Source of the DNA: an uncultured Candidatus Saccharibacteria bacterium
GTDB lineage: Bacteria > Patescibacteriota > Saccharimonadia > CAILAD01 > BJGX01
Assembly: GCA_964637185.1 (NCBI GenBank)
Contig: CAZWVB010000001.1
Location: forward strand, 1-61,311
Length of the DNA stretch: 61,311 nt
Direction of reading: 5' to 3'
The first letter of the stretch is position 1, and the number at the start of each line of letters is the position of its first letter. A model generated the notes under the pieces. The model saw only the letters and a program-made list of their open reading frames with translations. It did not search any database and was not told where the DNA came from. The position numbers and the translations under genes are program-made. Positions 53,940 to 61,311 of this stretch are shown here, in pieces.

Positions 53940-56372
53940 ATGGTTGCAACTAACAAGCTTAGACTGGCCCGTTTGGAAATAAGTGGCTTCAAATCTATCG
54001 CCGATCATATAACTGTGGATCTGCCAGCTGGCGTGATTGCAATAGTTGGCCCCAACGGTACTGGCAAAAGTAACATTGCCGAGGCCATCCGCTGGGTGTT
54101 TGGTGAACAAAAAGTCGCCAAACTCAGAGCAGCCTCTTCAGCTGATGTGATATATGCAGGCAGTAGCAAACGCGCTCGGGCCGGGATGGCCAGTGTCCAA
54201 CTAGTGTTTGATACTCCAGATGATCAACACGAGCTACGTGTAGGTCGCAAACTCTACCGCAACGGCGATAGCCAATATAGCCTAGGCGGACATAGTGTGC
54301 GATTGTCCACGTTACGCCAAACGTTGTCGGAGCACGGGCTGGCAGCTCAAAGCTATAGTGTGATCAACCAAGGTGCTGTTGAGCAACTCGTCACCGGTAG
54401 CAATCAGCAGTTGTTGGAATTGTTTGAAGAGGCCAGCGGTGTACGCTCGATTCAGATAGAAAAATCCGTATCGGAGGCGCAGTTGCGCAGTGCCCAAAAA
54501 CAACTGGATTCGGTCGCTCTGCGCATAGCTGAACTAACTCCAGCAGCACAACAGCTCACTGCCTATCAGCGTAGCATATCAAAGCGACAGGACTTGGAGT
54601 CCAAGCTAGCCGAGCTGCAAGAGCAGTATTATTTACAAGAGTCATCTAGACAACAACAGTCTCATGCAGATTTGAAAAAAGCTCGTACTGAGCTAGTGGC
54701 ACGACATAAGCAATTGTTGGCTAAGCAAGCCGAGCTAGTCCGGCATCAGCAGGCTAGTGGTGTCGGAACTAGTTCAGATGAATTGGATCGCCAAGCCAAA
54801 ACACTGGCAAAGCTACAAGAGTGTGAGCAAAAGCTGACTGAGCTAGAGCGGCGCCGCAGCCAGTTGCACGAACAAGCTTCTGGACTCAAGAGTCTTCAAT
54901 CTCAATTGCGTCAATCCGTGGCATTGTCTGGCAAACTACGGGATCAAATATCACAACAACAACAGAAAGTAACAGAGCTACACAACACTACTCTCGAGCA
55001 CAATCAGCTTTTGACCCAGCTCAGTGCAGAACTGTCACAGCTGAGAAAAGATCTAGGCAAGAGCCAGAAGAAAGAATATCTGCATCACGCGCTTGGTCTG
55101 CTTCGTATGGTGGAGACCAATCTTGACAAGCCCGAGCAAAAACATACTGTCGAGCTCGCCATGATACGCCTCAAACGCATGCTAAAATTTGCTATCGAAG
55201 ATAATGCCGCCGAGCTAGCTCTTCGTATTAGTGAGCTGCAGCAAGATATTGCCAAAGTCATGGCCAAACGCGAGGAGATCGTCGAAAAACACACTCATGA
55301 GACTATTGCACTTCGTTCGACAGAACTTGATTTGGCTTCTGTTAAACAGCAGATCACTGACAATCAAAAAAGCACACAAACTGCCCAAGCGGCTGCAGAG
55401 GAACTAACAAAGCTCGAATCAATCTTATCCAAAGAGCGATCGCGCTATCATAATCTCAAAACCAAACACGAAAAAGAGCAGGCAGAGAGGGAATCACGCG
55501 ATGATGCGTCTTCCAAGACTAAAGTGCAGGACTTTGTAGCGGATTTGCAAACAAATGCTGAGCAGCTGAGTCAGGCTCAAACCGAGCTAAGCCTGATTGA
55601 TCAGAAAACGGAGCAACTTCAAATCGAGCAGTCGGGGCTGGCAACAAAGCTAAAAGAGTGGTTTGGCGGTAAAAAGCCTGTTGGCAGTGTCGCTACCAAA
55701 TCAGTTGATCTAGACACTATCAACCGTTTGCAATCCCAGCTTGAGCTGTTGCAAGAAGATCTACCTGGCGACTTGTCGGATCTAGAGAGTCAGTATAGCG
55801 AGCTGCAATTCTTGGAATCCCAATCGTCCGACTTACACAACTCTATAGACCATCTGCAGACTATCCTGCGCAAGCTTGATCAAACCATCCGTCGGCAGTT
55901 TGTTGATAACGTTAAGAAGATCGGTAACAGGTTTGAGGTCAACTTCGTGGCGCTTTTTGGTGGTGGCAAGGCGGAAATAATTCTCAATCTCACTAATGAT
56001 GACGCGCGTATCGATATCAAAGCTTCGCCCCCTCGGAAATCATTGCGCAATTTGCAATCACTTTCAGGTGGTGAAAAGACCCTGACGGCTTTGGCTCTGC
56101 TGAGTGCCATAGTCAGCATCAACCCATCGCCAGTGTTGGTACTCGATGAGGTAGACGCGGCACTCGATGATACCAATAGCCAAGCTTTTGCTCGTCTGCT
56201 GCTTGAGATAGCCAAACGCTCCCAGATCATGATCATCACGCACAATCACGCCACTATGCAGTCGGCCAACATGTTACTGGGTATCACGCTATCTACAGAT
56301 GGCAGCTCCATGGTAATACCGATTACGCTCAATCAGGCCAGCCAATATGTGCATAGTCCGCCGCAGCATTGA
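53940..56372 (+). CDS. smc: Short SMC-family ATPase
   Basis: GFKS, GPNGTGKSN, INQG, LSGGEK, LDEVDAALD, ITHN. Confidence 0.85.
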   Translation: MVATNKLRLARLEISGFKSIADHITVDLPAGVIAIVGPNGTGKSNIAEAIRWVFGEQKVAKLRAASSADVIYAGSSKRARAGMASVQLVFDTPDDQHELRVGRKLYRNGDSQYSLGGHSVRLSTLRQTLSEHGLAAQSYSVINQGAVEQLVTGSNQQLLELFEEASGVRSIQIEKSVSEAQLRSAQKQLDSVALRIAELTPAAQQLTAYQRSISKRQDLESKLAELQEQYYLQESSRQQQSHADLKKARTELVARHKQLLAKQAELVRHQQASGVGTSSDELDRQAKTLAKLQECEQKLTELERRRSQLHEQASGLKSLQSQLRQSVALSGKLRDQISQQQQKVTELHNTTLEHNQLLTQLSAELSQLRKDLGKSQKKEYLHHALGLLRMVETNLDKPEQKHTVELAMIRLKRMLKFAIEDNAAELALRISELQQDIAKVMAKREEIVEKHTHETIALRSTELDLASVKQQITDNQKSTQTAQAAAEELTKLESILSKERSRYHNLKTKHEKEQAERESRDDASSKTKVQDFVADLQTNAEQLSQAQTELSLIDQKTEQLQIEQSGLATKLKEWFGGKKPVGSVATKSVDLDTINRLQSQLELLQEDLPGDLSDLESQYSELQFLESQSSDLHNSIDHLQTILRKLDQTIRRQFVDNVKKIGNRFEVNFVALFGGGKAEIILNLTNDDARIDIKASPPRKSLRNLQSLSGGEKTLTALALLSAIVSINPSPVLVLDEVDAALDDTNSQAFARLLLEIAKRSQIMIITHNHATMQSANMLLGITLSTDGSSMVIPITLNQASQYVHSPPQH

Positions 56373-56469
56373 CACTTATCTGGTTTTCAGGTACAATTAA
56401 GCCCATTGTTTTAGAGCGTGTTTTACACTTAGCAATCTAAATCTGGACAAAAAGGAACCAAACCAACCT

Positions 56470-56961
56470 ATGGTAGTAATTCGTTTGGCCCGTGTTGGGC
56501 GCAAAAAATACCCAATATATCGTATAGTTGCAGCCGAAAAAGCTCGAGCTGTGACTAGTAAGTATTTGGCTATTTTGGGTACCTACAACCCTCACACCAA
56601 AGACATCGAGTTAAATAAGGAAGAGATCCAGAATTATCTAGATCATGGCGCTCAGGCTTCGGATAGAGTACTACGATTATTCAAAGCCAATGGTATCAAA
56701 TTGCCAAAGTGGGCTGTCATACATGACCGCAAAAAGGCACCGAAGAAAAAAGAAGGTGAAGAGTCTGCTCCTGCTGAAGCTAGTGCTGAGGCTGAGGTAG
56801 CTGCTGATGCCAGCGATACTGCCGAAGCCAAAGCCGAGCAGACCAAAGACACTGCCGGCACAGCCGAAGCTGTCGACAAGCAAAAACAGGATGTTGCTAC
56901 TGAAGAGAAGACGGCTGATGCAGCCCTAGAGACAGCCGAAGCCGAGTCCAAAGAAAAATAG
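56470..56961 (+). CDS. rpsP: 30S ribosomal protein S16 with acidic C-terminal tail
   Basis: VIRLARVGRKKYPIYRIV, LGTYNP, GAQASDRV. Confidence 0.95.
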   Translation: MVVIRLARVGRKKYPIYRIVAAEKARAVTSKYLAILGTYNPHTKDIELNKEEIQNYLDHGAQASDRVLRLFKANGIKLPKWAVIHDRKKAPKKKEGEESAPAEASAEAEVAADASDTAEAKAEQTKDTAGTAEAVDKQKQDVATEEKTADAALETAEAESKEK

Positions 56962-57040
56962 TAGGGTTGCCAAAGCCTGTTCAAATAGACACGCATTGGT
57001 TACAATACACCTGTAACCGTCGCTAAGATCAGGAGGAATT

Positions 57041-57451
57041 ATGGCAGATATAGATCAAGATTTTCTGGAATTTGTAGTAAAAGCACTGGTTGATGATCCT
57101 GGCCAAGTAGACATCAAACGCAGCGTCGATGAAAGAGGAGTACTGCTGGAGCTTACAGTGGCACCAGATGATATGGGCAAAGTAATTGGCAAAGCAGGCA
57201 GTACCGCCAAAGCCATACGAACTCTACTGCGCGTATTGGGTGCCAAGAACGATGCTAGGTTCAATCTAAAAATAATTGAGCCAGAGGGTACGGAGCACAA
57301 GCAGAGTAACAGCGAGATTCACGACACACCTGCTGAGGATATACCAGCAGAACAGACTGATCAAGCTGATGTTGCTCCGGAAGAGGACAAGGCTGAGGAC
57401 ATTAAGGCTAAGGCTCGAGAAGGGCTCGAGGACCTCGACCTCGACGTCTAG
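57041..57451 (+). CDS. khpA: KH-domain RNA-binding protein KhpA
   Basis: DMGKVIGKAGSTAKAIRTLL, between rpsP and trmD. Confidence 0.88.
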   Translation: MADIDQDFLEFVVKALVDDPGQVDIKRSVDERGVLLELTVAPDDMGKVIGKAGSTAKAIRTLLRVLGAKNDARFNLKIIEPEGTEHKQSNSEIHDTPAEDIPAEQTDQADVAPEEDKAEDIKAKAREGLEDLDLDV

Positions 57452-57603
57452 TCGGTACACCATTACACCCAACTGCTGCGTCAAAATCAAAGATTACAAA
57501 CTCTCCCGTAGGGCACTACGAACCTAGCTTGTAACTTTGTCTTTCCTCGCATTTAATCCGCACTGATAGTGCCTTGTAGTTTGCTATAATTGATCTTAAA
57601 TTG

Positions 57604-58278
57604 ATGAAGATATACATTGTTACATTATTCCCAGAGATGTTTGAGCCGGTGCTCAATACTTCGATGTTGTGGAAAGCTCAGGACAAAAAACTGGTGGAGT
57701 TTGTTCTGATCAATCTGCGTGATTTTGGTATTGGTCCACGCAATCAAGTCGATGACACGCCATATGGTGGCGGGGCCGGCATGGTACTGAAGCCCGAGCC
57801 AGTATTTGCAGCAGTCGAATCGGCCAAGGCAGGTTCTTCTGAAGCCAAAGTAATTATGATGACACCACGTGGCAAGGTATATGATCAACACGATGCCAAA
57901 AAACTTTCCAAATCCAGTGATTTGATATTGTTGTGCGGACATTACGAAGGATTTGATGAGCGGATCATGTCTATTGTAGATCAAGAGATATCGATTGGGG
58001 ATTTTATTCTTACCGGTGGCGAGCTACCTGCGATGGTAGTGGTTGATAGCGTCGTGCGCCTGATACCTGGTGTATTAGGCGATCTAGCGAGTCCGCAAGA
58101 GGAGTCATTTAGCCAAGGTTTGCTCGAGTATCCGCAATATACTAGACCAAAGGAGTTTCAGGGTATGACAGTACCAGAAGAAATTCTAGGTGGTAATCAC
58201 GCTAAGATCGCTGGTTGGCGCAAAGAAAAGTCTGTCGAAAAAACCCAACAAAATCGTCCTGATTTGTTAGAGTTCTAA
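57604..58278 (+). CDS. trmD: tRNA (guanine-N1)-methyltransferase
   Basis: VDDTPYGGGAGMVL, LCGHYEGFDER, SIGDFILTGGE, YPQYTRP. Confidence 0.97.
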   Translation: MKIYIVTLFPEMFEPVLNTSMLWKAQDKKLVEFVLINLRDFGIGPRNQVDDTPYGGGAGMVLKPEPVFAAVESAKAGSSEAKVIMMTPRGKVYDQHDAKKLSKSSDLILLCGHYEGFDERIMSIVDQEISIGDFILTGGELPAMVVVDSVVRLIPGVLGDLASPQEESFSQGLLEYPQYTRPKEFQGMTVPEEILGGNHAKIAGWRKEKSVEKTQQNRPDLLEF

Positions 58279-58280
58279 AC

Positions 58281-58796
58281 ATGACTGTTTTGTGGTTTGT
58301 GTCTGCAATATTAGCTGGCCCGGTTGTGGTTGAAGTTACTGGTTATTTTTGGCATCGTTGGGCCGAGCACAACGCTGTTTTTGGCAAGCATATACAAAGC
58401 TATCATATTCGTCATCACGAACACGACTATCCTGTAGAGAAGCTGCGTCCAGCCGGACAAAACAAGTATCGTAGCGCGCGAAGCTGGGGCTGGTATGTAT
58501 TGACGGTTTTCTTGGTCTTATCAACTTTTCTGTTAGTGCCGCGCCCCTATAATTTTGTTATGATACTTAGCGGATTGGTATATGCCAAGCTTGTGATTAG
58601 CTATATACATACGCGCTTTCATGTGCGACAGCATTGGTTGGTACGCACCAAGTTTTTCCAGCGCATTCAAAAGCTGCATGATATTCATCATTATGGACCG
58701 TACAATTACGGTATACTGTTTTATTTCATGGATCGTATCTTTGGTACCTACCGCTCGACTTTCCCCAAAGCCAAACAAAACAATTTCAGCTCATAG
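58281..58796 (+). CDS. Fatty acid hydroxylase/sterol desaturase superfamily membrane protein
   Basis: His boxes HRWAEH, HIRHH, HTRFH, HDIHH; NYG; FMDRIFGTY. Confidence 0.8.
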   Translation: MTVLWFVSAILAGPVVVEVTGYFWHRWAEHNAVFGKHIQSYHIRHHEHDYPVEKLRPAGQNKYRSARSWGWYVLTVFLVLSTFLLVPRPYNFVMILSGLVYAKLVISYIHTRFHVRQHWLVRTKFFQRIQKLHDIHHYGPYNYGILFYFMDRIFGTYRSTFPKAKQNNFSS

Positions 58797-58897
58797 TACT
58801 CGTGCTTAACTAGTCTGCATCTGGTAAAATGCTTTGGACCATTCTGGGAACTTGCCCGGATGGGCTCGTTCGTTTACTCAAAGAAAAGAGAACAATC

Positions 58898-60400
58898 ATG
58901 AAAGCACTGCTTTCGGTCTATGACAAGACCGGCGTTGTCGAGCTGGCTGCCAAGCTGCATGAGTTGGGCGTCGAGCTGCTCAGCAGCGGTGGTACCGCCA
59001 AGGCGATCGCCGCCGCCAACCTCCCCGTCACCGATGTGGCCGAGCTCACTGGCCTGCCGGCCATGCTCGGTCACCGCGTGGTGACGCTGCACCCCAAGGT
59101 GCATGGTGGCATCCTGGCTGATCGCTCCGACCCGGAGCACCTGGCCGACATGGAGCGCTACGGCATCGAGGGCATCGACATCGTGGTTGTCAACCTCTAC
59201 CCGTTCAGCTCCGATCCGTCGATCGAGCTGATCGACATCGGTGGGCCGGCGATGGTGCGCGCGAGCGCCAAGAACCACGCCCACGTGGCCGTGGTGGTGG
59301 ATCCGGCCGACTACGACGACGTGCTGAGCGAGATCGCTCTGAGCGGTGTCGTATCTGCTACGACGCGGCGGCGGCTGGCGCGCAAGGCCTTCGCCACCAC
59401 GGCGACCTACGACTCGCAGATCGTGCAGTGGCTCGACGGTGACGAGCTGTTGCCTCCGACCATCCACCTGGCGCTCGAGCGCGCCGAGCCGGAGCTGCGC
59501 TACGGCGAGAACCCGCACCAGCAGGGTGCTCGCTATCGAGAGATCGGCCGGCCCACCTGGATGGACGGCATGGAGCAGGTGGCCGGCGCGATGGCGCCGG
59601 GCTATCTCAACCTCTATGACATGGATGCTGCCTGGGTGTTGGCTCATGACAACGAGGGCCTAGCTGGTGTGGCGATCATCAAGCACGCCAACCCGTGCGG
59701 GTATGCGCTACACGACGATTTGGCGGTTGCCTACAGCGCTGCCTTCGCCTGCGATGAGCGTTCGGCCTTCGGTGGCATCGTGGCTCTCAACCGTCCGGTC
59801 GACTTGACCACGGCCGAGGCCATGGTGGCAGCAGCACAGGCCGATGTGATCATCGCGCCCGACTACGAGCCCGGCGTGCTGGACATGTTGATGGGCAAGC
59901 GCAAGAACACTCGTGTGTTCAAGGCGCCACCGCCCGCTGACAAGTTGCGTGACTTTCGCCGGATCAACGGTGGCTGGCTGGTGCAGCAGCCACACTACTT
60001 CGGCAGCGTTCGGGCTGACTGGAGGGTGGTGACGGAGCGGCAGCCGACTGAGGCCGAGTGGGCCGATGCCGAGCTGGCCTTCAGGCTCGGGGCCTACGTC
60101 AAGTCCAACTCCATCGTGCTGGTGCGCGGTGGAGTGGCTTGGGGCATCGGTGCCGGCCAGCAGAACCGTGTCGAGAGCGTCGAGATCGCTCGAGACAAGG
60201 CAGCTGGCCGCGCTGAAGGTGGAGCACTGGGCAGCGATGCTTTCTTTCCGTTCCCCGACGGCATCGACGCCGCTGCCGACTGTGGCGTGGCTGTGATCAT
60301 CCAGCCCGGTGGCGCACAGCGTGATGAAGACAACATCGCGCGGGCCAACGAGCTCGGTGTCGCCATGGTGTTCACCGGCGAACGCCACTTCTTCCACTAG
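58898..60400 (+). CDS. purH: Bifunctional AICAR transformylase/IMP cyclohydrolase, high GC
   Basis: ALLSVYDKTG, SSGGTA, VVTLHPKVHGGIL, IDIGGPAMVRA, LRYGENPHQ, IKHANPCG, SDAFFPFPDG, TGERHF. Confidence 0.97.
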   Translation: MKALLSVYDKTGVVELAAKLHELGVELLSSGGTAKAIAAANLPVTDVAELTGLPAMLGHRVVTLHPKVHGGILADRSDPEHLADMERYGIEGIDIVVVNLYPFSSDPSIELIDIGGPAMVRASAKNHAHVAVVVDPADYDDVLSEIALSGVVSATTRRRLARKAFATTATYDSQIVQWLDGDELLPPTIHLALERAEPELRYGENPHQQGARYREIGRPTWMDGMEQVAGAMAPGYLNLYDMDAAWVLAHDNEGLAGVAIIKHANPCGYALHDDLAVAYSAAFACDERSAFGGIVALNRPVDLTTAEAMVAAAQADVIIAPDYEPGVLDMLMGKRKNTRVFKAPPPADKLRDFRRINGGWLVQQPHYFGSVRADWRVVTERQPTEAEWADAELAFRLGAYVKSNSIVLVRGGVAWGIGAGQQNRVESVEIARDKAAGRAEGGALGSDAFFPFPDGIDAAADCGVAVIIQPGGAQRDEDNIARANELGVAMVFTGERHFFH

Positions 60401-60403
60401 GCC

Positions 60404-60613
60404 ATGGCCGAGCTGCAGTTTCGTTGCTTGGACTGCAACAGTACGGATCGATTCGAAGTCGTTCGTAGGCTCAAGACGCGTCGCTACTATCATCTCACCC
60501 TGGGCGGTGAGCAGATAGCAGAGGATGATGTCGAAGTGCTGGAGGATGAAATCGAGTCAGTGCGCTGTCTGTGGTGTGATCCAGGCACCAACGTCGAGGC
60601 TATCGACAACTGA
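60404..60613 (+). CDS. Small CxxC...CxxC (zinc-ribbon-like) protein
   Basis: RCLDC...RCLWC, 3 nt after the purH stop. Confidence 0.65.
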   Translation: MAELQFRCLDCNSTDRFEVVRRLKTRRYYHLTLGGEQIAEDDVEVLEDEIESVRCLWCDPGTNVEAIDN

Positions 60614-60631
60614 GATATACAACGAACGAGA

Positions 60632-60659
60632 CGGCCCCTTCCGCAATTGGAAGGGGCCG
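60632..60659. terminator. Hairpin between convergent genes
   Basis: CGGCCCCTTCC / GGAAGGGGCCG with a 6-nt loop. Confidence 0.7.
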
Positions 60660-60778
60660 AACTCGTACTTATACATTTACTCGATCCAAACATTCAATTG
60701 GCTTAAATACTTGGGCCGAGGCGGCTCGCAGAGTACGAGTACTCCGCGAGCCGCCAGGTGCTGGGATGGTGGTGATCG

Positions 60779-61177
60779 TCAGACCGAGTCGACCTCGACG
60801 TAGAGGGCGCACCAGACGATCTCGGTGCCCTCGCGTCCGTGCCGGAAGCTCAGCTCGTTGCCCTCGAGCAGGCCACGGTTGAGCATGGCGAAGGTCGACC
60901 CGGGCAGCGGCGTGGCGTCGTCGGTCATGATCGCGTCGAGGATCCTGTGGCGCTTGGCCATGTCGTTGCGCGAGAGGATGTAGGTCTCGCCCTTGCGGTG
61001 GGCGTTGCGGGCGCGCTCGAGCATGCGGATGACGCTCTCGGCTCGCTCGGGGCTGCAGCTGATCCCCGCCTGGTGCGCCGTCGTCATGACGGAGGCGACC
61101 ATCTCTTGGCGCGTCGGATCGATCGGCTGAGCATCCTGCGGCAGGATGTTTCTCCTCAAGGTTCTGGCGATACCCAT
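60779..61177 (-). CDS. High-GC hypothetical protein with own promoter
   Basis: 132 aa; AAAGGGGG SD; TTGACG-N17-TATATT at 61253-61225. Confidence 0.65.
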   Translation of the reverse strand: MGIARTLRRNILPQDAQPIDPTRQEMVASVMTTAHQAGISCSPERAESVIRMLERARNAHRKGETYILSRNDMAKRHRILDAIMTDDATPLPGSTFAMLNRGLLEGNELSFRHGREGTEIVWCALYVEVDSV

Positions 61178-61311
61178 CAGGGCCCCCTTTGGTATGGCGG
61201 TCTCGTATAGACCACTTGGTAGATAATATAGTCTCTCACTAGCCTACCGTCAACTGGAAAAATACATCCAAATAGGCTACAATATGCGACATCTTTGCGC
61301 TCAGTTTTGCA

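Noticed and set aside
58830-58897. ZTP (pfl) riboswitch before purH
   Set aside because: Leader is only about 65 nt and I could not find the expected conserved elements; cmsearch would settle it

Overview
The window is a roughly 45-50% GC chromosome segment that looks like a Patescibacteria/CPR genome, most likely Saccharibacteria-like. That assignment is an inference from the gene set and order: ftsA-like, ruvX, mltG, LysM-CHAP, obgE, leuS with a Nudix insert, rpmF-nusB-Nudix-rnc-smc, rpsP-khpA-trmD. A ~28.85 kb high-GC (about 65% in sampled lines) integrative element sits at the 3' end of tRNA-Ala(GGC). Its junctions are readable: an 11-bp direct repeat AGCTCCACCAG (9919-9929 and 38765-38775), a reconstructable ~51-bp palindromic attP, and the tRNA's own terminator displaced to the far end. 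The backbone carries a large serine recombinase, an ImmA/IrrE peptidase, an RHH protein, ArdA, a DNA methyltransferase, a Replic_Relax relaxase and a VirD4-like coupling protein. The cargo is the most unusual part. One tightly coupled operon joins a lidless Hsp70, GrpE and HPD-less J-domain/TPR membrane proteins to a TM-less EccC/EssC-like FtsK ATPase, WXG100-like helical hairpins and swappable toxin-immunity pairs (a His-Cys caspase/C80-like peptidase and a Tox-PL papain-fold domain). It reads as a candidate chaperone-coupled, type VII-like polymorphic toxin system. Other points: a Leu-rich leader-peptide attenuator upstream of leuS, a high-GC purH, structured leaders, and contrasting promoter architectures. 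No CRISPR array, rRNA or phage structural genes were seen. All family calls come from motif recognition, not database searches.
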